NCBI RefSeq assembly: GCF_000008625.1
Contig: NC_000918.1
Span: 1,519,336 to 1,551,335 of the forward strand
DNA from: Aquifex aeolicus VF5
GTDB taxonomy: Bacteria > Aquificota > Aquificia > Aquificales > Aquificaceae
Direction of reading: 5' to 3'
DNA length: 32,000 nt
In this document: positions 11,411 through 20,778 of the stretch, one piece after another
Layout of the letters: every line of letters starts with the position of its first letter
Position numbering within the stretch: position 1 is the first letter of the stretch
Notes under the pieces: model-generated
The model's input: only the letters and a program-made list of their open reading frames with translations
What the model was told of the DNA's origin: nothing
Databases searched by the model: none
Position numbers and translations under genes: made by a program

Positions 11411-11713
11411 ATGACGAAATCAGATATAGCTAAGGAACTCGCAAGGAGGCACGGCATATCCTACAAAAAAGCCCTCCTTATAGTCAACATGACCTTTGAG
11501 ATACTAAAAGCAAAAATACTGAACGGTGAAAAGGTAGAGGTAAGGGGACTGGGAACCTTTAAGTTGAAGAGAAAACCGGGAAGGTTCGTAAAGAACCCGA
11601 AAACGGGTATAGAAATTTACGTAAAGGAGAGGTACGTTCCCTACTACAAGATGTCTAAACTTTTAAGGAAGAAACTAAACGGCGATAAAGAAAGGGAGGA
11701 GTGTTTGACTTGA
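11411..11713 (+). CDS. HU/IHF-family DNA-binding protein
   Basis: MTKSDIAKELARRHGISYKKA...GLGTFKLKRKPGRFVKNPKTGIEI; ATGA overlap with lptA. Confidence 0.93.
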   Translation: MTKSDIAKELARRHGISYKKALLIVNMTFEILKAKILNGEKVEVRGLGTFKLKRKPGRFVKNPKTGIEIYVKERYVPYYKMSKLLRKKLNGDKEREECLT

Positions 11714-11716
11714 GTA

Positions 11717-11789
11717 TCGGGGCGGCCGGACTTGAACCGGCGACCTTCGGCTCCCAAAGCCGACGCTCTACCACCTGAGCTACGCCCCG
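11717..11789 (-). tRNA. tRNA-Pro (anticodon UGG); 3' CCA not encoded
   Basis: Minus-strand CGGGGCG TA GCTCAGGTGGTAGAGC G TCGGC TTTGGGA GCCGA AGGTC GCCGG TTCAAGT CCGGC CGCCCCG A: full cloverleaf with C1-G72 pair and A73 typical of tRNA-Pro; flank is ATAC, not CCA. Confidence 0.97.
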
Positions 11790-11823
11790 TCCCGAATAAA
11801 ATATTATAACGGAGGTGAAGAAA

Positions 11824-12780
11824 ATGAAAAAATTATTACTACTTCTTAGTGCAAGCTTTGCCTTCTCACTTCAGATGGATTTCAAAGAAGTTAAGAAGTT
11901 TCCTTACATAAAGTACGTCACTGCTTGGAAGGGAACACCCGCTGAAACGAAGGACGTTGCAGTTCCAAACGTCTACATAGTCGTTGGACAGAAGGAAAGT
12001 CCAGAGGTTCTTACCTCCGCCGCAAAGGTAGCTTTCTATTTAGGACAGTGGACGGACGGAATAGGACTTTCACCTAAACTTGTAAAGGAAGGAAAAATCC
12101 CTAAGCTCATAATAAGCGACAAGGAAGTAGAGAAGTACAAGGACAGGAACCTCATAGTGATAGGGACCAACAACGAGATAGTAAGAGAGCTGGGACTCAA
12201 GTTTAAAGAGCCGACCCTGAAGGTAGTAGAAAAGGACGGAAGAAAAATACTCATAGTAGGTGGTAAGGACACGAAGGAAGTGGTAAAAGCTGCAAGCTTT
12301 CTGGCTGACAGGGTAATTTCCTTCAAAGTAGGAGCTTACAACACTTTCTTTAACTGGGTAAGGGTAAGGGGAATGATAGAACACGGAAATTATGAGGGTG
12401 CTTACGACATGCTCACAGACTCAAGGGGCGTGCACGCCTGCGGTAGGAACATGTCACTTGCAGCTCCCATGATGGCAAAGTTCCCCCCTGAAGTGAAGAA
12501 GGTGGTAAAAAAGAGAAACAAGATAATGTACGTGGAACTTCCAAAAGCCTTAAAAGAAGAAAATAAAGAAAAGGCAAAGAAGCTCTGGAGAGAGGCTATG
12601 ATAACTTGCTTCCAGTGTCACCACGGGATAGGAATACCTAAAATGAGGAAGTTTGAACCTTTAGCGGATATACACTCAAAACACCAGAGGATAGCAAATA
12701 AGTACGGACTTTCGTGTAAGGACTGCCACTACGGAATTACAGAGTACAGAGGATACGAGGAGGGAACAACTGAACAATGA
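11824..12780 (+). CDS. Exported dihaem c-type cytochrome with a long non-haem N-terminal domain
   Basis: Signal peptide MKKLLLLLSASFAFS; CFQCHH and CKDCHY CXXCH motifs near the C-terminus; ATG 11824 preferred over GTG 11815. Confidence 0.8.
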   Translation: MKKLLLLLSASFAFSLQMDFKEVKKFPYIKYVTAWKGTPAETKDVAVPNVYIVVGQKESPEVLTSAAKVAFYLGQWTDGIGLSPKLVKEGKIPKLIISDKEVEKYKDRNLIVIGTNNEIVRELGLKFKEPTLKVVEKDGRKILIVGGKDTKEVVKAASFLADRVISFKVGAYNTFFNWVRVRGMIEHGNYEGAYDMLTDSRGVHACGRNMSLAAPMMAKFPPEVKKVVKKRNKIMYVELPKALKEENKEKAKKLWREAMITCFQCHHGIGIPKMRKFEPLADIHSKHQRIANKYGLSCKDCHYGITEYRGYEEGTTEQ

Positions 12781-13283
12781 GGATTTACCTTATAGGCTTT
12801 ATGTGCTCCGGGAAAAGCACAGTTGGTTCCCTCCTCTCCCGCTCTTTAAACATTCCCTTCTATGACGTTGACGAAGAGGTGCAGAAAAGGGAAGGACTTT
12901 CAATCCCCCAAATCTTTGAAAAGAAAGGGGAAGCTTACTTCAGAAAGCTTGAGTTTGAAGTCTTAAAGGATTTATCCGAAAAAGAAAACGTAGTCATTTC
13001 CACGGGAGGAGGACTCGGGGCAAACGAAGAAGCATTAAACTTTATGAAGAGTAGAGGCACAACCGTTTTCATAGATATCCCCTTTGAGGTTTTCCTTGAA
13101 AGGTGTAAGGACTCAAAGGAGAGACCCCTTTTAAAGAGACCTCTCGATGAGATAAAAAACTTATTTGAAGAGAGGAGAAAGATTTATTCAAAGGCGGACA
13201 TAAAGGTGAAGGGGGAAAAACCCCCCGAAGAGGTTGTAAAGGAAATTTTATTATCCCTTGAAGGGAACGCCCTTGGTGGGTGA
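12777..13283 (+). CDS. aroK: Shikimate kinase
   Basis: [52 protein letters not shown]; ATGA overlap with the cytochrome gene. Confidence 0.93.
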   Translation: MRIYLIGFMCSGKSTVGSLLSRSLNIPFYDVDEEVQKREGLSIPQIFEKKGEAYFRKLEFEVLKDLSEKENVVISTGGGLGANEEALNFMKSRGTTVFIDIPFEVFLERCKDSKERPLLKRPLDEIKNLFEERRKIYSKADIKVKGEKPPEEVVKEILLSLEGNALGG

Positions 13284-14054
13284 AGAGGGAACTGCGTAAG
13301 TTCTCTTCGGCATCCTTCCGGCAAGGTAAGCAAGTCTTCCGGCGATTGTTGCGTACTTCATAGCCACGGCCATCTTTATAGGATCTTTTGCCTCCGCGAG
13401 GGCGGTATTCGTGAGTACTCCGTCCACACCGAGTTCCATAACGGGCGGTATATCGGTAGCGCTTCCTATACCCGCGTCAACTATAACGGGAACAGAAACT
13501 GCTTCCTTTATGAATATCAGGTTATAGGGATTTTGTAGCCCGAGACCCGAGCCTATAGGTGCCGCCAGAGGCATAACCGCAGCACAGCCTATGTCTTCAA
13601 ATTTTTTTGCAAAAACGGGGTCGTCAAAAATGTATGGTAGAACCACAAATCCCTCTTTTACGAGTACCTTAGCAGCCTTGTAAGTCTCCTCCATGTCGGG
13701 AAGGAGTGTCTTTTGGTCACCTATAACTTCAAGCTTTACCCAGTTTATACCCGTAGCTTCCCTCGCCATCATAGCGGTCTTTATGGCTTCCTCCGCCGTG
13801 TAACATCCAGCGGTATTTGGGAGTATTAAGTACTTCTTAGGGTCTATGTAATCGAGGAGGTTTTCCTTGGTGGGATCCGTTATATTTACCCTTCTTACGG
13901 CAACGGTTATTATTTCCGCTCCGGACGCTTCCAGAACTTCCTTAGTTTGCTGGAAGTCTTTAAACTTACCGGAGCCTATTATTAAGCGGGATTTGAACTT
14001 TCTTCCCGCAATCTCCAAGTAGTCGTCCTGAAGGAGTTTTTCCCAGTCCTGCAT
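13251..14054 (-). CDS. thiG: Thiazole synthase
   Basis: [59 protein letters not shown]; converges with aroK with a 33-nt overlap. Confidence 0.95.
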   Translation of the reverse strand: MQDWEKLLQDDYLEIAGRKFKSRLIIGSGKFKDFQQTKEVLEASGAEIITVAVRRVNITDPTKENLLDYIDPKKYLILPNTAGCYTAEEAIKTAMMAREATGINWVKLEVIGDQKTLLPDMEETYKAAKVLVKEGFVVLPYIFDDPVFAKKFEDIGCAAVMPLAAPIGSGLGLQNPYNLIFIKEAVSVPVIVDAGIGSATDIPPVMELGVDGVLTNTALAEAKDPIKMAVAMKYATIAGRLAYLAGRMPKRTYAVPSSPTKGVPFKG

Positions 14055-14075
14055 TTATCTACCTCCAAATTGATT

Positions 14076-14285
14076 TTATCCACCGCCAACCAATTGAACA
14101 ACTTCCACTTTATCGCCTTCCCTTACCTTCCTCGTAGTGTACTCCGATTTCGGAACAACCTCTTCGTTTATGGCAACTGCCAGTCCCACTTCCCTGAACT
14201 TAACCCCTATCTCTTCCAGGAGTTCCATTATGGTCATTTCCCTAGGTATTTCTCTCTCTTCGCCGTTCAGGACTATTCTGGGCAT
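14076..14285 (-). CDS. thiS: Sulfur carrier protein ThiS
   Basis: 69 aa, beta-grasp pattern ending in VEVVQLVGGG; immediately upstream of thiG. Plus-strand and longer antisense ORFs rejected. Confidence 0.9.
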   Translation of the reverse strand: MPRIVLNGEEREIPREMTIMELLEEIGVKFREVGLAVAINEEVVPKSEYTTRKVREGDKVEVVQLVGGG

Positions 14286-14344
14286 GATAATTTATAAATA
14301 TAAGAATTTCTTTATTACTTTGGTATTTGTATATCCTTTTATTT

Positions 14345-14905
14345 ATGGGAGAAAAGCGCTCGGACACAAAGGAAAAAATACTGAGTTCCGCACTCAAACT
14401 CTTTTCCAAAAAGGGATTTAAGGAAACCACCATAAAAGACATAGCAAAGGAGGTAGGCATAACCGAGGGTGCTATATACAGGCACTTCACGAGCAAGGAA
14501 GAAATAATAAAGAGCCTTCTTGAGAGCATAACCAAGGAATTAAGACATAAGCTGGAGGTTGCCCTTCAAAGAGGTGAAACGGATGAGGAAATTCTGGAGA
14601 GCATAGTGGATACCTTAATAGATTACGCTTTTTCCAATCCCGAATCTTTCAGGTTTTTGAACCTATACCACCTTCTCAAGGAGTACGGAGAGGTGAAGAA
14701 CTTGCCCGGAGAACTCATACTCAAGTTCCTTAACGGCCTTTACTTGAAAAGAAAGCTGAAAACCTACCCCGAAATCGCCCTTGCGGTAGTGACGGGAAGC
14801 GTGGAGAGGGTTTTCATATTCAAAGAGAGAAACTTCCTTGATTACGACGAGGAAACCATAAAGAAGGAACTCAAGAAGGTTCTAAAGAGTGCCATTTTGG
14901 CTTGA
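14345..14905 (+). CDS. TetR/AcrR-family transcriptional regulator
   Basis: KILSSALKLFSKKGFKETTIKDIAKEVGITEGAIYRHFTSKEEII HTH; ATG 14345 preferred over 14327. Confidence 0.9.
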   Translation: MGEKRSDTKEKILSSALKLFSKKGFKETTIKDIAKEVGITEGAIYRHFTSKEEIIKSLLESITKELRHKLEVALQRGETDEEILESIVDTLIDYAFSNPESFRFLNLYHLLKEYGEVKNLPGELILKFLNGLYLKRKLKTYPEIALAVVTGSVERVFIFKERNFLDYDEETIKKELKKVLKSAILA

Positions 14906-14932
14906 AAGTAGCGAGTTTTTTCCTAAAATTAA

Positions 14933-14952
14933 ATATGACAAGTTTGTCATAT
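14933..14952. promoter_or_regulatory. Perfect 20-nt palindromic element, candidate TetR-family operator upstream of moaE
   Basis: ATATGACAA-GT-TTGTCATAT, 9-nt arms, directly before the moaE SD. Confidence 0.6.
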
Positions 14953-14962
14953 GGAGGTGGGC

Positions 14963-15415
14963 ATGATTCCGAGAGTTTACCTCGGACACGAGTGGTTCGG
15001 TGCGGAAAGGATACTGAGTGAATACCAAGTTCCCGAAGACTGCGGAGCGCAGGTTCTGTTCCTCGGCATTCCCAGAAACGCACCCGAAGACGGCGGAAAT
15101 ATAGAAGCTCTTGAGTACGAGGCGTACCCCGAAATGGCTATAAAAGAAATGGAAAAGATAAGACAGGAAACGATAGAGAAGTTCGGCGTAAAGGAAGTAT
15201 TCATACACCACAGGCTTGGTCTGGTGAAAATCGGAGAACCTTCCTTCTTAGTGCTTGCGGTAGGTGGACACAGGGAAGAAACCTTTAAAGCGTGCAGGTA
15301 CGCCGTTGACGAGACGAAAAAACGCGTCCCCATATGGAAGAAGGAAATCTTTAAGGAAGGAAAAGGAGAGTGGGTCCTAGGGGAAAAGAAAAATGCTTCT
15401 GGACAAACTAAGTAG
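14963..15415 (+). CDS. moaE: Molybdopterin synthase catalytic subunit MoaE
   Basis: [67 protein letters not shown]; ATG 14963 has SD GGAGG. Confidence 0.9.
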
Positions 15416-16355
15416 ACCGCTGAAAGTCCTCAGGATTTCTCTAACGGATAGATGCAACCTCAGGTGCAACTTCTGCATGCCCCCGGGAAAGGAGTATAAC
15501 TTCCTTCCTAAAAGACAACTACTTACCCCCGAAGAAATAGAGGAGTACGTCAAGATATTTGCCAAACTCGGCGTTGAAAAAGTTCGCCTAACAGGCGGTG
15601 AACCTCTCCTGAGGGAAGATTTAGAGGAGATAATTCAAAGAATTTCAAAAGTAGAAGGAATTAAAGATATAGCTCTAACGACTAACGGCGTATTTTTAAA
15701 AGAAAGGTTAAAAGCTTTAAAAGAAGCGGGATTGAAGAGGATTACCGTAAGCGTACACTCACTGAATCCCGAAAAGAACCAAAAACTTGTTAATAGAAGT
15801 GTTAACTTAGGTGAAGTCTTTGAAGTAATAATAAGAGCAAAAGAGCTTGGCTTTAAAGTGAAGGTGAACTCCGTAATAATAAAGGGTTTTAACGACGACG
15901 AGATTCTGGATCTTGCAAGGTTCTTTAAAAACCTGGGTGTAACGCTGAGGTTTATAGAGTACATGGACGTGGGAACGGTTAACGACTGGGATTTTTCAAA
16001 GGTTGTAAGTGCGGACGAAATTCTGAACTTAATGAAGAAAGAGTTTACATTTTATCCTCTTCCCAAAAGACCCGAAGATACGTCAATGGATTTCATTTAC
16101 GAGGATGGGAATAAGTTCGGGATAATAGCCTCGGTGACGAAACCCTTCTGCAGGGGTTGTAACCGCATAAGACTTTCTGCAGACGGTAAGCTCTACACAT
16201 GCCTCTTTTCGGATAAAGGACATGACTTGAGAAACGCCGTTGATAAAGAAAACTTTATTAAAGAAGTCTGGAAAGACAGAAAAGACAGGTACTCAGAACT
16301 CAGGCGGCAGATGAAGAGAGAGAGAAAAGTAGAAATGTTCAAAGTCGGCGGTTAA
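15393..16355 (+). CDS. moaA: GTP 3',8-cyclase MoaA (radical SAM)
   Basis: [17 protein letters not shown] and C-terminal cluster [22 protein letters not shown]; 23-nt overlap with moaE. Confidence 0.95.
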
Positions 16356-16930
16356 TGTTTTAAGAGTCCGTAAAGTATGAGCTTTTTAATGGTTTCAGGA
16401 TCCTTAATGATCTTTCCCTTTTTACCTCTGAGGAACCATTGGAAGGCCTTTGCCTGAAGTAGACCTATTATGGAGTAAGCGGTTTCTTCTACGTCCACGT
16501 CGTCCCTGAACTCTCCAATTTTAATACCTTCTTCTATAACTTCCATAACCATTTGAGCGTATTCGTTTAAAAACTCACTGATCCTCTTTTTTATACTCCT
16601 TTTGTCACTCCTTGAGAATTCAAAGCAAATTATCGGTATTATTCCTTTCGTTTTCTCCAGAAGTTCTATGTGACCTTCCAGGATTCTTTCGAGTTTTTCC
16701 TTAGGTGTTTTGCCCAGGGTTACCGCTTCCTTCGTTTTGAGGATACACTCGTTCGTGTACCTCCTGATGATTTCTTCCGCTATTTCTTCCATAGAGGAAA
16801 AGTGTTTGAATATGGCCGCGTCGCTTATTCCGATTTTACTCGCCAGATTTTTTGCAGTGAACCTTCTTAAACCTTCGTGGGCGATAACTTCCGCACCAAC
16901 TTTGAGAATTTTATCCCGGGTCTTTACCAT
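16352..16930 (-). CDS. TetR-family transcriptional regulator
   Basis: ILKVGAEVIAHEGLRRFTAKNLASKIGISDAAIFKHFSSMEEI HTH. Confidence 0.9.
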   Translation of the reverse strand: MVKTRDKILKVGAEVIAHEGLRRFTAKNLASKIGISDAAIFKHFSSMEEIAEEIIRRYTNECILKTKEAVTLGKTPKEKLERILEGHIELLEKTKGIIPIICFEFSRSDKRSIKKRISEFLNEYAQMVMEVIEEGIKIGEFRDDVDVEETAYSIIGLLQAKAFQWFLRGKKGKIIKDPETIKKLILYGLLKH

Positions 16931-16972
16931 AATTTTTATTTTAAAACTTAGGATATTAAATACTTACTAACT

Positions 16973-16997
16973 TTTTCTTATAAAAGATATAAGAAAA
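16973..16997. repeat. Inverted repeat between the TetR gene and sqr; operator or weak terminator
   Basis: TTTTCTTAT-aaaagat-ATAAGAAAA, perfect 9-nt arms, 7-nt spacer. Confidence 0.5.
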
Positions 16998-17013
16998 GGA
17001 AAAGGGAAGGGAA

Positions 17014-18306
17014 TTAACACCTACTTCCGGGTGCTCCTTCGCAGTCCTTACAAAGTTCTATGGGGTGAACCTTGAGGAATATTTCGAGTACCTTTTCTTC
17101 AAAGGAGGGTGCGATGTTTCCGTTCCTGACCTTCCAGAGGAAGTACTTTTCAAACGCGGTCTTGAAGTAGTGTGCCCACTTGCCCATCTTGGTTATTACT
17201 CTTTCCCTCGGAGGTATTACGGGGTCTGCGAAGAAAAATCCAGCGTCTTCTCCGAAGTCAGCTATACATATGGCGGAAAGTCTCGGAGCGTACTTGTCGG
17301 GGTTGTTCCTTATGTCGTTTACTATGTTGTGAGCTACAGCCATAGCCATTTGCTCAATCATCATACCCGTCTTTGGTACGCCGGTGGGTATAGGCGTCTT
17401 TTCTATAGGGGGTATAGCCGTTACAACACCTACTCCGAATATGTTCTTGTAAGTGGGGTTCTGGAAGCACCTGTTAACTATAACCATCTTGTTTGCGGGG
17501 TTTGCCACTTTGTCTCCCGCGGAAGCAACTACCTCAGGTCCTTGGAAGCTGGGCATGAACATGGTAAACTTGGCGGGGACTTCGTGGGTGTTTCCGTTCA
17601 GGTCTTCGTATATAACCTTGTCAGGTTCTATAGCCTTGACTGCTACGTTTGCAATCCAATCTATGTTCCTTTCAGCGAAAAGGTCCTCTACCAGTCTCTT
17701 TGAAGCACCTATACCACCAACTCCAAAGTGTCCAAGGTAGGGTTCGGAGGTAATGAAGGTCATGGGAACCTTGTACCTTATCCCTCTCTTTTTGAGTTCG
17801 TAGTGAAGCATTAAAGCGAACTCGTAAGCCGGTCCGAAACAGCTAACTCCGGGGATAGCACCTATTACGACCGGTCCGGGATTTGCGTAAAGTTCCTGGA
17901 GCTTCTTCTGAGTTTCTAGTGCGTGTTCAGCCGTACATATGGAGGTAGAGTTCTCTTCCTGTCCTTCCGCGCCGAAAACGAGCTTGGGTCCTGTAGCTAT
18001 TACGAGGTAGTCGTACTCAATCTTCTTGCCGGACTGGGTCGTTACGGTGTTTGCGTCAGGGTCAATGGATTCGGCTTTTTCGTTTATAAACTCGATGTTG
18101 AACTTGGGAAGTAACGGTGCGAGTGGTACGGAAATGTCTTCAAACTTCCTCCATCCCATTGCGAGGTGGGGGAACGCAGGGGTAAATCCGAAGTAAGGCC
18201 TGTCGGAAATTAAGGTGATCTTAAGGTCGGGCATTAAGTTCCTGAGGTTGTAAGCGGTTGCTATACCGCCTACTCCTCCTCCTATTACTACAACGTGCTT
18301 AGCCAT
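17014..18306 (-). CDS. sqr: Sulfide:quinone oxidoreductase
   Basis: FAD motif VVIGGGVGGIATAYNLR, ATGPKLVFG, PGVSCFGPAYEFAL, C-terminal Cys-containing tail. Confidence 0.93.
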   Translation of the reverse strand: MAKHVVVIGGGVGGIATAYNLRNLMPDLKITLISDRPYFGFTPAFPHLAMGWRKFEDISVPLAPLLPKFNIEFINEKAESIDPDANTVTTQSGKKIEYDYLVIATGPKLVFGAEGQEENSTSICTAEHALETQKKLQELYANPGPVVIGAIPGVSCFGPAYEFALMLHYELKKRGIRYKVPMTFITSEPYLGHFGVGGIGASKRLVEDLFAERNIDWIANVAVKAIEPDKVIYEDLNGNTHEVPAKFTMFMPSFQGPEVVASAGDKVANPANKMVIVNRCFQNPTYKNIFGVGVVTAIPPIEKTPIPTGVPKTGMMIEQMAMAVAHNIVNDIRNNPDKYAPRLSAICIADFGEDAGFFFADPVIPPRERVITKMGKWAHYFKTAFEKYFLWKVRNGNIAPSFEEKVLEIFLKVHPIELCKDCEGAPGSRC

Positions 18307-18484
18307 TTGCCTACCTCCATTCGTAAATACTAACCTAATTAATTATATAAGGAGAACTTTTTGAACTATGAAAAACAGTTATTATAAGATTTGCTTATCT
18401 CTACATAATGCCCTTTTATACATTAAGAAGTATTAAGGAATTCAAAATATAAATGAAGATTTAAATCTGGTTAGGAGGTGAAGA

Positions 18485-19261
18485 ATGGCTCACACTGAAA
18501 CCATGCACCACGAAGAAGTAAGTGTCTGGCCATTTGTGATCGGTATGGGGATGTTATTCGCACCGATAGCCTTGACCGCTTACTTTGCGTGGCAAAACCA
18601 CATGGCCGGACTCGTACTGGGAGGGTTGTCCCTAATCCTGATACTCTTCGGAGCTGCAGGTTGGGCAAACGAACACTTTACAAAGGATCGTGAACACGGA
18701 CTGGGAGCACTGGGAACGTACTTCTTCATAATCACGGAAGCTGTAATATTCGGAACGATGTTCGCAGCCTACTACACCGCAAGGGTAACTCACGCTCACG
18801 AGTGGGCAAACTGGGTTCCTGAAGGTATAAGCCTAGCAATGGCAGGACTGCTTACCTTAATCCTGTGGGCATCTAGTTACACCATATGGAAAGCAGAAAC
18901 AATACTTGAGGAAGAAGGTAATAATGGAAAAGCTCTCAAGTGGGTATTCTTCACCTTTGTACTGGGACTGCTCTTCGTAATCCTTCACGTAAACGAGTGG
19001 AAGCACCTCTGGCATGAAGGATTTACCTTAAGCTCCAACATGTACGGAACTGGATTTTACGCACTCACGGGACTCCACACTTCACACGTCCTCCTCGGAC
19101 TTATAATGCAACTCTACTGTATGTGGCTTCTTGCAACCGGTAAGATGACTCAACTGAGACCTACGGTTCTCAGGGCTACTTCTGCATATTGGCACTTCGT
19201 AGACTTCATGTGGCTCCTCGTAGCAGGTTCTGTTTACATAATCGGAACCTTAGGGGTGTAA
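18485..19261 (+). CDS. coxC: Cytochrome c oxidase subunit III
   Basis: Seven hydrophobic segments, GTYFFIITEAVIFGTMFAAYY, GFYALTGLHTSHVLLGL, YWHFVDFMWLLV. Confidence 0.92.
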   Translation: MAHTETMHHEEVSVWPFVIGMGMLFAPIALTAYFAWQNHMAGLVLGGLSLILILFGAAGWANEHFTKDREHGLGALGTYFFIITEAVIFGTMFAAYYTARVTHAHEWANWVPEGISLAMAGLLTLILWASSYTIWKAETILEEEGNNGKALKWVFFTFVLGLLFVILHVNEWKHLWHEGFTLSSNMYGTGFYALTGLHTSHVLLGLIMQLYCMWLLATGKMTQLRPTVLRATSAYWHFVDFMWLLVAGSVYIIGTLGV

Positions 19262-19262
19262 G

Positions 19263-20060
19263 ATGAGAATTCTTCTCTCTTTCCTCTTTCTTATTACTCT
19301 TGTTTTCGGAGGAGCTGTTGGACCTTCCAACAAAGCATTTGATGACAACGATATGTTCAATCCCGAAATACTAAAAATCAATGAAAAACAATACCTCGGA
19401 AATTTTGTTCCGAATGTTGAAGTAATCTTAGAAGACGGAACGAAAACGGATCTGTACACCTTAATAAAAGAAAAACCCACTATACTCCTTCTTTCCTACT
19501 ACACCTGTGAGGGTACCTGCCCTGTAAGGGTTGACAACTTAAAGAAGTTAATCGACGAAACGGATTTAAAAGACAGAGATTTTATGGTTCTCAACCTCTC
19601 TTTTGACGAGAGGGATGACCTCCAAACTTTGAAGGAATTTGTAAAACTACACGGGCCTTTCACTAAACACTGGGTGTTCGGAATAATCGATAAAGAAAAT
19701 ATAGAAAAACTTACTAACTCCGTAGGGTTCAAGTTCTTCTTCGTGGAGAGGGACAAGACATTTGTGCATCCAAACGTTTACATCTTCCTTTCCCCTGAAG
19801 GGAGGATAACGAGGTATCTCTGGGGAGTAAAGCCAAGCTACAGAGATGTGAGAATAGCCCTTGCGGAAAGTACACAAAACAAGATAACTGTAAACTCCAT
19901 AGTAGATCTCGCTTACATAGCCTGTTTTACTTACGATCCTTCAAGGAGTAGATACGTCATAAATCCGACTTTGCTCTTTGGTGGTATTGGTTTTTCTGCT
20001 TTAGGTTTGGTCGTGCTATCTGGTCTTTTGATGAATAAACTTAGGAAGAAGGAGGTGTAG
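19263..20060 (+). CDS. SCO1/SenC-family copper chaperone
   Basis: YYTCEGTCPV (CXXXC), FVNYSFDERDDLQ-like region LNLSFDERDD, HPNVYIFLSPEGRITRYLWG, C-terminal TM helix. Confidence 0.9.
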   Translation: MRILLSFLFLITLVFGGAVGPSNKAFDDNDMFNPEILKINEKQYLGNFVPNVEVILEDGTKTDLYTLIKEKPTILLLSYYTCEGTCPVRVDNLKKLIDETDLKDRDFMVLNLSFDERDDLQTLKEFVKLHGPFTKHWVFGIIDKENIEKLTNSVGFKFFFVERDKTFVHPNVYIFLSPEGRITRYLWGVKPSYRDVRIALAESTQNKITVNSIVDLAYIACFTYDPSRSRYVINPTLLFGGIGFSALGLVVLSGLLMNKLRKKEV

Positions 20061-20062
20061 TC

Positions 20063-20773
20063 ATGGAGCAAGTTATTGCACTGCCCTATAAGTGGTGGGC
20101 AGAGGCTGTAACTGTCTGGCTTATAGTAGCCGTAGTGATCTATTTAATCGTCGCAATACCGGGTATTTACTTCATCTACAAGTACAGGTACAAGCCCGGT
20201 GAAAGAGAAATAGGGGACCACGACTTTGAGGGACACATGGGCTTAGAAGCACTTCTTACCATAATTCCACTGCTTACGGTCATATTCTTAGCAACATACT
20301 CCTTTACCATATTTAAGAAGCAAAGAACTGTACCCGACGGAGCGATGACGATTAAGGTAACCGCTTTCATGTGGGGATGGCAGTTTGATTACCTCGACGA
20401 AAACGGAAAAGTTATAAAGACTGTGGTTACCGGATACCACGCAAACGACTACAACCTGCAGGAATTTGAAAAGCCTGTAATACCCGCAGGTAAACCTATA
20501 AGAGCTCTGCTTACGTCTATGGACGTAATACACTCATTCTTCGTGTTACCTGCAAGGATAACTGAAGACATGGTTCCTGGAAGAACGACATATCTGTGGT
20601 TCCAGATTAACAAGCCTGGTGAGTACTGGGTGTTCTGCAGGGAGTACTGCGGAACAGGACACTCTCACATGTTTACTAAGTTAAAGGTTGTTCCTCCTGA
20701 GCAATTTACAGCTTGGCTTTATGGTAAAAATGAAGTTGCTATAAAATCTAACAACAAGGAGGTAGCAAGATGA
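20063..20773 (+). CDS. coxB: Cytochrome c oxidase subunit II (CuA)
   Basis: Two TM helices, DVIHSFFVLPARI, CREYCGTGHSHM CuA motif. Confidence 0.94.
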   Translation: MEQVIALPYKWWAEAVTVWLIVAVVIYLIVAIPGIYFIYKYRYKPGEREIGDHDFEGHMGLEALLTIIPLLTVIFLATYSFTIFKKQRTVPDGAMTIKVTAFMWGWQFDYLDENGKVIKTVVTGYHANDYNLQEFEKPVIPAGKPIRALLTSMDVIHSFFVLPARITEDMVPGRTTYLWFQINKPGEYWVFCREYCGTGHSHMFTKLKVVPPEQFTAWLYGKNEVAIKSNNKEVAR

Positions 20774-20778
20774 GGTAA

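Noticed and set aside
11980-12384. Minus-strand ORFs (96 and 104 aa) inside the dihaem cytochrome gene
   Set aside because: Opposite a gene with signal peptide, SD and CXXCH motifs; these are antisense artefacts.
14070-14421. Plus-strand ORFs overlapping thiS
   Set aside because: thiS on the minus strand has the diagnostic C-terminal Gly-Gly and sits directly before thiG; the plus ORFs have no recognised features.
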